64,000 nt of DNA from an uncultured Dehalococcoidales bacterium (GTDB lineage: Bacteria; Chloroflexota; Dehalococcoidia; Dehalococcoidales; CAYYQY01). Position 1 is the stretch's first letter, and each line of letters opens with the position of its first letter. Location: contig CAYYQY010000001.1 of assembly GCA_964473905.1 (NCBI GenBank), positions 2,963-66,962 of the forward strand. Direction: 5' to 3'. The notes beneath the pieces are model-generated. The model saw nothing but the letters and a program-made list of their open reading frames with translations, searched no databases and had not been told where the DNA came from. Of the stretch, positions 36,703 through 46,526 are shown piece by piece. The position numbers were made by a program, and so were the translations under genes.

Positions 36703-37669
36703 CTGCCGATGCGGTAACCTGTCTTATCACCCGCCCGATAACTATACCGGCGGCGGCATAGGGAGTTAGCTTCCTCTGCGTCAGGTCATCAATAATATTT
36801 TCCAGATAGCTGCTATCTATCTCGCTATCAATGTAGTTGCTGGTGGCATCCTGTATGGCTTCCATCAACGCCAGCCTGGCCCTGGCTCTACGGCGTTTAT
36901 CCAGCTCTCCACCAGCCGCAATGAAATCTCTGTGCTTTAAAATCTCGGTTACCAGCGCCCTGGTACCGACGCTATTTATCGCCTCAGTTAAAAGTACGGG
37001 CGGCTGCCAATCACCGGATAAATAGTTTTTCATGGCCAGCATGGAATTCAGCTCGGCATTCAGCCGGTGGGCACCATCCTGGTCAGCCTTATTAACGACA
37101 AAAATATCTACCGCTTCCAGAATTCCAGCCTTCATCGTCTGAATAGAATCCCCCATACCGGGCATCATGGTGAGAACGGATGTATCGGCAACACGGGTGA
37201 CATCTATCTCCGCCTGCCCCACCCCCACCGTCTCAACAATAATAATATCCTTATTCATGGCATCCATAACATGGATGGTGCTTATTGTCGCCTTGGAGAG
37301 CCCACCCACATAGCCCCGCGTCGCCAGGCTCCTGATAAAGACCCCGCTATCCCCGGTGTGCCGGCTCATCCTCACCCGGTCACCAAGTATAGCACCTCCG
37401 GTGAACGGGCTACTCGGGTCTATAGCAATGACGCCAACGGTAATATCTCTTTGCCTGAGGTCAGCTATCACGGTATCAACCAGCGTGCTCTTACCGACAC
37501 CGGGGGCTCCGGTTATACCGATAATGTGGGCTTTTCCGGTATGAGCATAGATGGTCTCGAACGATTTGAGAGCATCCGGGACAGCGTCCTCAATGCCCCT
37601 GATAAGCTTGGCCGCCGCCCTGACGTTACCCTGTAGTACTTTGCTTACTAGCTCCGTAGTCACGTGCAC
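36692..37669 (-). CDS. meaB: methylmalonyl-CoA mutase-associated G-protein chaperone MeaB/ArgK
   Basis: GAPGVGKST P-loop, ETVGVGQ and NKAD motifs. 11-nt overlap with cobO. Confidence 0.85.
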   Translation of the reverse strand: MHVTTELVSKVLQGNVRAAAKLIRGIEDAVPDALKSFETIYAHTGKAHIIGITGAPGVGKSTLVDTVIADLRQRDITVGVIAIDPSSPFTGGAILGDRVRMSRHTGDSGVFIRSLATRGYVGGLSKATISTIHVMDAMNKDIIIVETVGVGQAEIDVTRVADTSVLTMMPGMGDSIQTMKAGILEAVDIFVVNKADQDGAHRLNAELNSMLAMKNYLSGDWQPPVLLTEAINSVGTRALVTEILKHRDFIAAGGELDKRRRARARLALMEAIQDATSNYIDSEIDSSYLENIIDDLTQRKLTPYAAAGIVIGRVIRQVTASADGK

Positions 37670-37781
37670 ATTCTCCCCGTATGTTATCAGGCTGAAATGG
37701 GAACTGGACTTCCGAATTATATATTCTGCTTGTCGCCCGCCGCACTACCGCTCCTTCATCCCTGACCGGAAAGGTAGACTA

Positions 37782-38561
37782 TTAGCCAACCTTAGCCTTC
37801 ACCCGCTCTACTAGTAACGGCAGAATCTCCCCAGCTTTAGCCCTTATCATCACGCTGGCTTGCCCGTCCATGGGCGTTTCAGTCAGGTTCAAAATAACCA
37901 GCTTAGCCCCCGCACTAACCGCATATGACGGCATGTAGGCGGCAGGATAGACCACCAGACTGGAGCCAATAACTATAAACAGGTCGCAGCTACTTGAGCG
38001 CTCGCTTGCTTCCTGCAGAGCCTCTACCGGCAGAGATTCACCAAAAAAAACAACCTCCGGTTTGAGGAGACCATGGCACACCTCGCAGTCTGGAGACTCC
38101 TCGCCGGCATCAAGTCTTATTTTCACTTCGTCAAAGGGATACCGCTTACCGCAGCTAAGGCATTTTATCCACTCGTTATTTCCGTGAAGCTCAAATACCC
38201 GGTCATCGGGAATACCTGATTTCTGGTGAAGGTGGTCAATATTTTGCGTTATAACACAGTCAAGCCGTCCCATTTTATAGAGCTCGGTGACGGCGTAGTG
38301 CGCATTATTGGGCTTGGCACCAGTGAGCAGGCCTTCCTGGTACACCCGCCACATGGTCTTTCTGCCTTCAGGGTCAGATAAGAATTTCTGGTAGGTGAAA
38401 TCACGCGGGTCAAACCTGTCCCAGATGCCACCGGGACTGCGAAAATCGGGAATACCCGATTCGGTGCTGTGCCCGGCACCGGTAAAAACAACCACTTTAT
38501 TCGCTTTAACGATTAAATCGGCTACCTGCTCAACCAGCACGCTTAACTTACTATCATTCAT
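37782..38561 (-). CDS. NAD-dependent protein deacylase (SIR2 family)
   Basis: GAGHSTESGIPDFRS, QNIDHLH and a Zn ribbon C..C....C..C. Confidence 0.9.
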   Translation of the reverse strand: MNDSKLSVLVEQVADLIVKANKVVVFTGAGHSTESGIPDFRSPGGIWDRFDPRDFTYQKFLSDPEGRKTMWRVYQEGLLTGAKPNNAHYAVTELYKMGRLDCVITQNIDHLHQKSGIPDDRVFELHGNNEWIKCLSCGKRYPFDEVKIRLDAGEESPDCEVCHGLLKPEVVFFGESLPVEALQEASERSSSCDLFIVIGSSLVVYPAAYMPSYAVSAGAKLVILNLTETPMDGQASVMIRAKAGEILPLLVERVKAKVG

Positions 38562-38606
38562 CCTGTACCTCCTCTATGCAACACGCCGACTAAGGCCAAT
38601 GTTAGC

Positions 38607-39293
38607 CTACTTTTCTGACAGCGTCAAGCCTCGACAAAACCGGCAAATCTCGTTAAGACAGCACCTTTCGCATGAAGGATGACGGCGGCAGACATCCTTG
38701 GCCAGCCGTACAAGCAGCGCATGGTACTCATTATATAAACCGGCATCAACCGGCAGGTGCTCCATGAAAAGCGCCTGATAACCGCCATAGCTGTTGTTCG
38801 CTGCTGACAGGCCAATACGGGATACTATACGGCGCGTATAGGCATCAATAACAAAACTCGGTTTACCGGCGGCATATAATATTATGGAGTCCGCCGTTTC
38901 CTGCCCGATGCCATGAATACCGAGTAGTTGCTCGCGCAGATGTGTGGTAGCGCCGGCAAACAGCCCGCCGAGGTCATCTGCGCAGTTATCTCCCAGCCAG
39001 ATAGCAAAGGCCTTTAGTTTGAGTGCCTTGGCATTAAAATAACCGATGGGACGGATGAGCACCGCCAGCTCGGTAAGAGGCAGCCGCCTGAAGGCGGCAG
39101 GAGACAGCGCCCCTGCCGCCTTCAGGTTGGTTATCGCCTTCTCTACATTACCCCAGGCAGCGGCCTGAGTAAGAATAGCGCCGACTATTACCTCAAAGGG
39201 CCCTTCCGCCGGCCACCAGTACTGCGGCCCGTAGCAGGCAAAAAGCCGCTCATAGATAACCAATAGTTGCTGCTCTACTGGCCGGTCGTCCAT
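38607..39293 (-). CDS. endonuclease III-related HhH-GPD protein with C-terminal Fe-S cluster
   Basis: HhH motif LLGIHGIGQETADSIILYA and a C-terminal Cys cluster CRRHPSCERCCLNEICRFC. Confidence 0.75.
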   Translation of the reverse strand: MDDRPVEQQLLVIYERLFACYGPQYWWPAEGPFEVIVGAILTQAAAWGNVEKAITNLKAAGALSPAAFRRLPLTELAVLIRPIGYFNAKALKLKAFAIWLGDNCADDLGGLFAGATTHLREQLLGIHGIGQETADSIILYAAGKPSFVIDAYTRRIVSRIGLSAANNSYGGYQALFMEHLPVDAGLYNEYHALLVRLAKDVCRRHPSCERCCLNEICRFCRGLTLSEK

Positions 39294-39709
39294 GAGGCTA
39301 CTCTGGTATTGGCCGGGGAATCATATGCCGCAATATATGGTTTTATATCCAGCACCGGCGTCCCGCTAACGGCATCAAGCCCCCGCACCTTAAGCACATT
39401 ATCCCGGTGCGCGATTAACTCAACGGTAGCTATCCCTATGGCATTGGGTCTATGGGGAGAGCGGGTAGCGAAGAGGCCTACCTCCGGCACTTCCTTATTG
39501 CCCCGGGGGTGCACCCTGTACCGCGGTTCTCCATTACCGGCAGCTTTATGCAGCCAGTAGACAACTATAATATGAGAGAAATCCGTAATCCCGTCCAGAG
39601 CTTCGGTAAGACCATGGTCCATCACTATATCAGATATAACCTTTCCCCAGTCCTGCCGCAGAGGCTGCTCAAACTCATTCTTTACATAACCGATAGCTTT
39701 TAATTCCAT
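39275..39709 (-). CDS. trmO: tRNA m6t6A37 methyltransferase TrmO/TsaA-like
   Basis: IGYVKNEF, ATRSPHRPN.IG and GTPVLDIKPY motifs. Confidence 0.8.
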   Translation of the reverse strand: MELKAIGYVKNEFEQPLRQDWGKVISDIVMDHGLTEALDGITDFSHIIVVYWLHKAAGNGEPRYRVHPRGNKEVPEVGLFATRSPHRPNAIGIATVELIAHRDNVLKVRGLDAVSGTPVLDIKPYIAAYDSPANTRVASWTTGQ

Positions 39710-39735
39710 CCCGGATAGCTCCTCAGGTGGAATAG

Positions 39736-40974
39736 CTACTCCAGTGGCGTAAGCGTCAGCAGCTTTTTCGCAATCCGGGGATACCTGGCTATAAAGAGCA
39801 ACTCATCTTCAACCAGCGGCCGCTGCGACTCCACGTTGGCATATCTTACCAGTTCCAGTATTTCTTTGGCCTCTTCCCGGTTGGAAAAAGCCACTTCTAT
39901 ATCACCCATTATGTGTCTGAAACCGGATATACCGCTGTATTCTCCGGTACATATTTCTCTGCCCGTCTCTACGAACTCCGGCTCACCTCTGCCCAGTTCC
40001 TCATAACCGTACAGCTCGTAATTATACGGGTCTTTCAGAACGCCATCGGCATGTATACCGGACTCATGAGCAAAGGCATTGGCACCGGCACCGGGTTGAT
40101 TTATGGGTATGGGGATACCGAAGGCATAGCTTGTGAACTTTGCTATTTTCCACGCCCGGGACAAGTCAATGTCATCGCCCAGCTGATACTTTTCGGCAAA
40201 GCCCTTTGACTTGGTAATCGCCAGGATGGTGGCTACCAGGTCGGCATTCCCGGCCCTCTCGCCAATCCCGTTTATGGTGGTATTGATATAGGCATCCTGC
40301 CCGCCGTCTATAGCCCCTTTGGCACCGGCGATGGAATTGGCTACCGCCATCCCCAGGTCACCATGGCAGTGAACCTCAATAGCCATGCCAACCCGCTCCG
40401 CAAGATTTTTTACCGTCTCGTAAATGCTGAAGGGGTTATCATACCCGAGAGTATCACAGTACCGGAGCCTGTCCGCCCCGTGTTCTTTAGCCGCCAGTCC
40501 GAACTCAACCAGATATTCAAGGTCTGTCCGGGAACCATCTTCGGCATTGACCCCTATGCTCCAGGCACCCAGGGCGCGGGTAGCATCAACCGCCGCAGTC
40601 ATATCTTTGATAATGTCGTCTCTCGTTTTTTTCCCGCTAAACTTGCCGTTAATCATCTGGTCTGATGTGGACATAGATAGATTTAGATGCCGGATATTGG
40701 GTACCAGGCGGAAAGCTGTTTCTACATCATCAACAATAGCCCTTATCCAGCCGCCCAGACGTATGTTTTGCAGCACTCCCATCTCAGCCATCTCTATATT
40801 GGCCTGCAGGTAACGAGATTCATGCCTGGTAGTTGGAAAGCCGAACTCCGACTGAAAGACTCCCATCTCATCCAGGAAGGTATTTATGATGGTCTTTTCC
40901 AGCTTAGCCAAACCGAGCTTAGCCGTCTGTACGCCATCCCGATTGGTTACGTCAATTAAATATATCTTCGCCAT
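39736..40974 (-). CDS. homocitrate synthase / isopropylmalate synthase family (HMGL-like TIM barrel); candidate Re-citrate synthase
   Basis: DVTNRDGVQ, HCHGDLGMAVANS and TINGIGERAGNA motifs. At 412 aa it lacks a LeuA regulatory domain. Confidence 0.8.
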   Translation of the reverse strand: MAKIYLIDVTNRDGVQTAKLGLAKLEKTIINTFLDEMGVFQSEFGFPTTRHESRYLQANIEMAEMGVLQNIRLGGWIRAIVDDVETAFRLVPNIRHLNLSMSTSDQMINGKFSGKKTRDDIIKDMTAAVDATRALGAWSIGVNAEDGSRTDLEYLVEFGLAAKEHGADRLRYCDTLGYDNPFSIYETVKNLAERVGMAIEVHCHGDLGMAVANSIAGAKGAIDGGQDAYINTTINGIGERAGNADLVATILAITKSKGFAEKYQLGDDIDLSRAWKIAKFTSYAFGIPIPINQPGAGANAFAHESGIHADGVLKDPYNYELYGYEELGRGEPEFVETGREICTGEYSGISGFRHIMGDIEVAFSNREEAKEILELVRYANVESQRPLVEDELLFIARYPRIAKKLLTLTPLE

Positions 40975-41087
40975 AGGACAATTCCTCTACACTTTAATTG
41001 GGGGATGGCTAATGATACCATATCCGCCACGCCTCTTACAAATGTCAAAGGCTAAACCCGTCATATCTACGCCCGATGCAATTTATG

Positions 41088-41096
41088 TGCTAGAAT
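41088..41096 (+). promoter_or_regulatory. extended -10 promoter element TGcTAGAAT
   Basis: Read directly, 35 nt upstream of the antiporter TTG start. Confidence 0.35.
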
Positions 41097-41130
41097 AACG
41101 ATATTCATTAGCAGGTCACGGGGGCGACGG

Positions 41131-42834
41131 TTGGAACAACTGGGCATAGGTCTTGACCTGATAATTGTCCTGGCCACGGCTACGGTTGGTGGGGTGCTGG
41201 CTCGCTGGGCAAAGCTACCGGTCATCCTGGGCTACCTGCTGGGGGGAATTGCCGTCGGCCCCTATGGTCTGGGATGGGTCCAGGAACCGGCAACTATAGA
41301 ATCCCTGGCCAACGTGGGTGTTATTCTGCTCTTATTCACCCTCGGCCTTGAGTTCTCCTTCAAAGAGCTGCTGCGCGTCGGCAAGATAGCCATTTTCGGC
41401 GGCATAGCCCAGATACTACTGACCACGGGCGCCGGTATGGCTATCGGCAAAGTGCTGGGCTTTGATATGCTCCAGGCAGTCTTCTTCGGCTATCTCATAG
41501 CCCTCAGCAGTACCATGATTGTGCTCAAGACCCTCATGGCACGCGGCGAGCTTGACTCGGGGCACGGCCGGGTGATGATAGGCATACTCCTGGTACAGGA
41601 TATGAGCGTAGTTCCATTCATGGTTATCATACCGGCCATAGGCGGCGCCGGTGGCGGCAGCGAGTTGTGGCTGGCCCTGGGCATAGCTGCCCTCAAGGCG
41701 GTAGCTTTCATCGGGTTAATGCTGGTCATTGGTATCTGGGGCCTGCCCTGGCTTTTCCGGCGGGTAGCGGGGCTGCGTTCCAGGGAGCTATTCCTGCTTA
41801 CCGTGATCACCCTGTGTCTGGCAGCAGCCTTCGGCACCTACGCATTTGAGCTGTCACCGGCTTTCGGCGCCTTCGTGGCCGGTCTCTTGATTGGCCAGTC
41901 TGCCTTTGCCCGCCAGAGCTTCGCCGATATTGTACCCCTGCGTGATATATTCGTCGCCCTGTTCTTCGTTTCTCTGGGCATGCTGGTCAATATGCGCTTT
42001 GTCGGCGGTAATATCGGCACTATTACTGTAGTGGTACTGTCCGTAATCATTATAAAATTCATAATTACCGCGCTTATTCCCTGGGTATTCGGTTACAGCC
42101 TCAAAACGGCACTCTTCACCGGCGTGGGACTCATACAGATCGGGGAGTTCAGCTTCGTCCTGGCCGGGATAGGCAGGGAGACCGGTATCATCCCACCCTA
42201 CCTGTACTCACTTACTTTGACCAGCGCCATCATAACCATGCTCATAACCCCGCTTGCCCTGGGACTGGCTTCAAGGTTCTATAAACGACTCATCCAGTCA
42301 AAAAAGTTTACCGGCTTTATAGTCCGGCACCCCGACCCGTACTGGCAGCACCGGGACTGGCAGCTATCCGGGCATGCGGTTATTTGCGGACACGGCCGGG
42401 TAGCCAGCACGCTGACCACCGCCCTGGACCGGCGAAAACTATCCTACCTGGTAATAGACCTTGACCCCGATGTTATCCTAAAACTGCACCTGAAAGGAGT
42501 ACCCGCCATCTACGGTGATGCCGGTAATCCCGATATACTGGCACATGCCCAGCTGGAAAAGGCACGCATTTTTATATGTGCCTTTTCCGATTTCATGTCT
42601 ACCGAGATGGCCTCAAGACATGCTTTAGCCATAAATCCCAAGCTGGACATAGTAGCCCGTGTTCACCGTGATGCCGATGCCGAGCTGCTGAAAGGTATCG
42701 GTGTCTCCCAGCTTATCCGCCCCGAGTTTGAAGCCAGCCTGGAGATAACCCGCCATACCCTGCACCGGTTCGGGCTGACCGGTGTTGAAATACAGCATAT
42801 CCTGAGCGGTTTCCGGGAAGGCGAAATAACATAA
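41131..42834 (+). CDS. cation:proton antiporter (CPA2/Kef-type) with C-terminal TrkA-N (RCK) domain
   Basis: 567-aa ORF with TTG start. About 12 TM helices (LGYLLGGIAVGP), then the Rossmann-like VICGHGRV segment. Confidence 0.85.
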   Translation: MEQLGIGLDLIIVLATATVGGVLARWAKLPVILGYLLGGIAVGPYGLGWVQEPATIESLANVGVILLLFTLGLEFSFKELLRVGKIAIFGGIAQILLTTGAGMAIGKVLGFDMLQAVFFGYLIALSSTMIVLKTLMARGELDSGHGRVMIGILLVQDMSVVPFMVIIPAIGGAGGGSELWLALGIAALKAVAFIGLMLVIGIWGLPWLFRRVAGLRSRELFLLTVITLCLAAAFGTYAFELSPAFGAFVAGLLIGQSAFARQSFADIVPLRDIFVALFFVSLGMLVNMRFVGGNIGTITVVVLSVIIIKFIITALIPWVFGYSLKTALFTGVGLIQIGEFSFVLAGIGRETGIIPPYLYSLTLTSAIITMLITPLALGLASRFYKRLIQSKKFTGFIVRHPDPYWQHRDWQLSGHAVICGHGRVASTLTTALDRRKLSYLVIDLDPDVILKLHLKGVPAIYGDAGNPDILAHAQLEKARIFICAFSDFMSTEMASRHALAINPKLDIVARVHRDADAELLKGIGVSQLIRPEFEASLEITRHTLHRFGLTGVEIQHILSGFREGEIT

Positions 42835-42910
42835 CTGTAGCTCACCACGTGAATTCAAGCCCTGCCTGTGATATACTTGGTTCAAAAGAGAACGAAGAGA
42901 ATAAATCGCC

Positions 42911-43951
42911 ATGAGCCGAATTACAGCAGGTATTATTAACGTTACCGGTTATGCTGGAGTTGAGCTCGCCAGGCTGCTTCACCAGCACCCCGGGGTAGTC
43001 CTCACCTCGGTTACCGGCCGTAGTGCCGCCGGCGCCAGGCTGGGACAGATTTTCCCCCATCTCGCGGCAATTGACCTGATTATTAAGCCTGAGCTGGGAG
43101 ATGTTGATTTTGCTTTTTCCGCCATGCCGCACAAAGAGAGCGCCCGAGAGGTTTTAGCCTTGCTTGAGCGCGGCATCAAGGTGGTTGATATCAGCGCCGA
43201 CTTCAGACTGAAAGACCCTGCCGCATATCCCGAGTGGTACGATTTCACCCACCCGTCGCCGGACTGGCTACACAAAGCGGTTTACGGTCTGCCGGAGCTG
43301 TACAAGGTCGAGATTGCCTCGGCCCGCATAGTGGCTAACCCCGGTTGCTACCCGACGGGGGCGATTCTGGCTCTGGCACCGGCCGTCAAAGAAGGGCTGA
43401 TAGAGCCCGATATTATTATTGACAGTAAATCAGGCGTTTCCGGGGCCGGCAGGGCACTCAGCATGAAGACCCACTATGCGGAAACTAACGAAGATACCAC
43501 AGCCTATGCGCTGGAGGGGCACCGGCACCTGCCCGAGATTGTGCAGGAGCTAAGGTTGCTGGGACATGAGCAGCCCCCCGCTATAACGTTCGTACCCCAC
43601 CTGGTACCGATGACACGGGGCATACTGAGCAGTTGCTACAGCACCTTAAACACGGGATGCCTGGCCGATGGGGAAAAAGGCGAAGAAGAGCTGAGAAGCA
43701 TATACCGTGACTTCTATAAAAATAAACCGTTTGTAAAAGTGGTTGAGCAACCACCGCATACCAAGCACACGTCGGGCAGTAACTTCTGCCACGTTTACCC
43801 GACTATTGACCGCAGGACGAACCGGCTCATCGTTATTAGCTGCATTGACAACCTGATAAAAGGGGCTGCCGGACAGGCCATCCAGAACATGAACCTCATG
43901 CTGGGGCTACCGGAAACTGCCGGACTTGAGGCACTGCCTTTCTATCCCTAG
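42911..43951 (+). CDS. argC: N-acetyl-gamma-glutamyl-phosphate reductase
   Basis: GYAG.EL..LL..HP, catalytic NPGCYPT and SGVSGAG motifs. Confidence 0.95.
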   Translation: MSRITAGIINVTGYAGVELARLLHQHPGVVLTSVTGRSAAGARLGQIFPHLAAIDLIIKPELGDVDFAFSAMPHKESAREVLALLERGIKVVDISADFRLKDPAAYPEWYDFTHPSPDWLHKAVYGLPELYKVEIASARIVANPGCYPTGAILALAPAVKEGLIEPDIIIDSKSGVSGAGRALSMKTHYAETNEDTTAYALEGHRHLPEIVQELRLLGHEQPPAITFVPHLVPMTRGILSSCYSTLNTGCLADGEKGEEELRSIYRDFYKNKPFVKVVEQPPHTKHTSGSNFCHVYPTIDRRTNRLIVISCIDNLIKGAAGQAIQNMNLMLGLPETAGLEALPFYP

Positions 43952-44033
43952 CAATCCACCGGCGAGAGCGACTTTTGCGTGTAATTCAGACATACTATCG
44001 TGTATAATACTACTCTCCGCCAGAGGAGGTAAT

Positions 44034-44363
44034 ATGAATACGGAATACACCCATCAGCAACTATGCGAGAACATAACCTGCTTAGCCGGTTTCTACACCG
44101 TAGAGAAAGAAGCCAGGCTTAAATATGACGGCAGAGAAGTACTGTATGTCGTGGGGCGGGCAGTAATAGAAGCCTCGTGCTGCGGCATCGGCGACTGGGG
44201 ATATATCCTGGTACCCGGCTACATAATGAACTGGCAAACAGAAACGAACGCAGCCGGCTGTGCCGTATCGGAAGTAGAACCGGTTAGCGATGATACTGCC
44301 CGGGCTGACCTGAGGCAGATTATCAGAGAGGCCGAGAATATTTCGCAGATTGAATTCTGGTAG
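44034..44363 (+). CDS. hypothetical protein (109 aa) with CCGIGDWGY motif
   Basis: In frame with ORF 43926-44363. ATG 44034 is preceded by GGAGG. No family recognised. Confidence 0.55.
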   Translation: MNTEYTHQQLCENITCLAGFYTVEKEARLKYDGREVLYVVGRAVIEASCCGIGDWGYILVPGYIMNWQTETNAAGCAVSEVEPVSDDTARADLRQIIREAENISQIEFW

Positions 44364-44381
44364 GCTTAGCTGAAACAGAGC

Positions 44382-45665
44382 ATGACAGACTTTACCACGG
44401 AGACTACCCCGGCCCAAAAAATCCACGGGTTCCGCCCGGCTGACTATATAAAAATTACGGTCTTCGGCTTCGCCCTGTCGGCACTCTGGGGCTGTCTGCA
44501 TACTATAATAATCCAGGTACGGCTGCTTGATTTTGTTGCCGAGTCGCAGAAGAACACCTATCTGGGGCTGCTGACATTAACCGGACTGGTTTTAGCCATA
44601 ATTGCCCAGCCGGTGGTAGGGGCACTCAGTGACCACTTCGGCACCAGGTGGGGACACCGGCGTCCCTACATCCTGCTCGGCACACTGCTCACCCTGCTTT
44701 TCTTGCCCGGCCTGGGCTATTTTAATAGCTATGCCGCCTTTTTTGCCGTATATTGTCTCCTCCAGATTAGCAGTAACGGGGCCCAGGGCCCCTATCAGGC
44801 CTTTATACCCGACCTGGTTCCCCAAAAGCGAAGGGGGCTCGCTTCAGGAGTAAAAAACCTGCTGGAAGCCGCCGGAGGCATCATCCTGCTTTACCCCATA
44901 GGCCGCCTCATGGACCGCTACTTCGCCGGGGAGGGAGTCTCCTGGCTGTGGTTCTCCATAATGACGCTGGCCATTATTCTTATCGGCGCGGCGGTAGTTA
45001 CCATGCTGACCGTTAAGGAAAAAGCCGGCACCATGAGCTCTGGGCTCAAACTAAAGCAGGTCCTGGGGCAAACCTTTAAAATAGAGGAACGCGCCAACCG
45101 CAGCTTCATACCGTTCCTGCTGTCCCGGTTCCTCATCATTATGGCCTTCATCACGCTGCAGAGATACGCGTTATACTTCCTCATGGATGTAATCGGTATT
45201 GCCAACCCGGTAACCGTGACCGCCAATCTGCTCATAGTAGTGGGGGTAAGCCTCCTGGTAACGGCTTACCCCGCCGGGCGTCTGTCAGACAGGTTTGGCT
45301 ACCAGCCGGTTATTTTGGCCTCCGGATTACTCGGCGCGCTATCCATCGTGCTGCTTTTCTTCGCCGCCAGCTATATCCAGGTGATACTGTGCGGCGCCCT
45401 GCTGGGCATTGCCTTCGGCGCCTTCATGAGCTCTAACTGGGCACTGGCCACACAGCTGGTAGCGGAAGGGCAGGCGGCAAAATACCTGGGGCTTACCAAT
45501 ATAGCTACGGCTGGAGCGGGGGCTATGGTGGGACTTATGGGACTGCTAATTGACCTCTTCAATGCCGAGGTGCCGGGCCTGGGCTATAACATTATGCTGG
45601 CTACTTGTCTTGCCTGTTTTATCTGCGGCTCAATAGTGGTGACCAGAATTAAGCCTCAAAGCTAG
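44382..45665 (+). CDS. MFS transporter
   Basis: 427-aa ORF with 12 predicted TM helices and an MFS loop motif G.LSD..G.R.GHRRP. Confidence 0.8.
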   Translation: MTDFTTETTPAQKIHGFRPADYIKITVFGFALSALWGCLHTIIIQVRLLDFVAESQKNTYLGLLTLTGLVLAIIAQPVVGALSDHFGTRWGHRRPYILLGTLLTLLFLPGLGYFNSYAAFFAVYCLLQISSNGAQGPYQAFIPDLVPQKRRGLASGVKNLLEAAGGIILLYPIGRLMDRYFAGEGVSWLWFSIMTLAIILIGAAVVTMLTVKEKAGTMSSGLKLKQVLGQTFKIEERANRSFIPFLLSRFLIIMAFITLQRYALYFLMDVIGIANPVTVTANLLIVVGVSLLVTAYPAGRLSDRFGYQPVILASGLLGALSIVLLFFAASYIQVILCGALLGIAFGAFMSSNWALATQLVAEGQAAKYLGLTNIATAGAGAMVGLMGLLIDLFNAEVPGLGYNIMLATCLACFICGSIVVTRIKPQS

Positions 45666-46258
45666 GCAAGTAGCTTGAGCAAACCCTCCCACCACCAGGT
45701 ACCGGTGAGCGCCGCCATTATATACAGTATGCTTCTTCCCAGCCAGCATATAAGGATAAACTTCCATACGGGGTAGCGCATCACGCCGGCGGCTATGCCC
45801 GCCAGGTCAAAGACGAACGGCACTACCGCAAAAACAAAAATAGCCAGGCTGCCCCACCTCTTCATCCAGTTCTCAATACGCGTGTAGGTACGGCGGTTTG
45901 CCACAATAGCACGCCCGCTGTAACCAGCCATGTAGCCGGTCATCTCCCCTATAGCCGCCCCGGCGCCGCTCGCCAGTCCTACTTCAACAACCGAGCCTAA
46001 AGCGCCCCCCAGCGCCGACACTATCACGATATTGCCCACCGGCAGAATGACGGTAGCGTTGAAAATCAAGCTTATCAGGAAAGCCCCCAGATAGCCGTAA
46101 GCCTTAAGCTCCGCAATCTTTCCCGGAAAGCTCAGCAAGAAATAGAAAATGCCACCCGTGATAGCTATAACCAGCACCAGTGCCAGAATGGGGACTAGTT
46201 TACTGGTGAGCTTCCTGTCCGCCGCCACCGGAGTCTTATCATCTGTCGTCTTGCTCAT
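45662..46258 (-). CDS. YqaA/DedA-type (VTT domain) membrane protein
   Basis: Polytopic 198-aa ORF with the pattern F..S........P...........G typical of the family. 4-nt convergent overlap with the MFS gene. Confidence 0.65.
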   Translation of the reverse strand: MSKTTDDKTPVAADRKLTSKLVPILALVLVIAITGGIFYFLLSFPGKIAELKAYGYLGAFLISLIFNATVILPVGNIVIVSALGGALGSVVEVGLASGAGAAIGEMTGYMAGYSGRAIVANRRTYTRIENWMKRWGSLAIFVFAVVPFVFDLAGIAAGVMRYPVWKFILICWLGRSILYIMAALTGTWWWEGLLKLLA

Positions 46259-46483
46259 CTCACGTTTGGTTAACTATTGTAGCATATTGCCCGACGCATG
46301 TTTAAACACACACCGTAAAGTCCACGCCGGCAAGAAAATAGACGCTATTTTCTTTAGTTTAGTAGAAGGGGCTGTCCAGACCATTAAAATACGCCAAAAT
46401 TCGATTCTGTGGCTTCTGAAAACGGCACCCTGACGCTCAGCCGTAATCTTTAAAGGGGGCAGAGCCGGGACATAGAGGCTAAA

Positions 46484-46513
46484 TTGACCTGAAATCACGG
46501 TTCGTGCTATCAT
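46484..46513 (+). promoter_or_regulatory. candidate promoter TTGACC N18 (TGc)TATCAT
   Basis: Read directly, immediately upstream of the uracil-DNA glycosylase gene. Confidence 0.4.
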
Positions 46514-46526
46514 TATCAAAAGATGA

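Noticed and set aside
37670-37781. Riboswitch or leader upstream of meaB-cobO.
   Set aside because: The spacer is only 112 nt. The GGGATGAAGGAGCGGTAGTGCGG stretch superficially recalls B12 elements but lacks the B12 box and the paired regions.
46274-46519. 81-aa minus-strand ORF between the YqaA-like gene and the uracil-DNA glycosylase gene.
   Set aside because: It has no SD, spans the predicted udg promoter and has no motifs. It is likely spurious.
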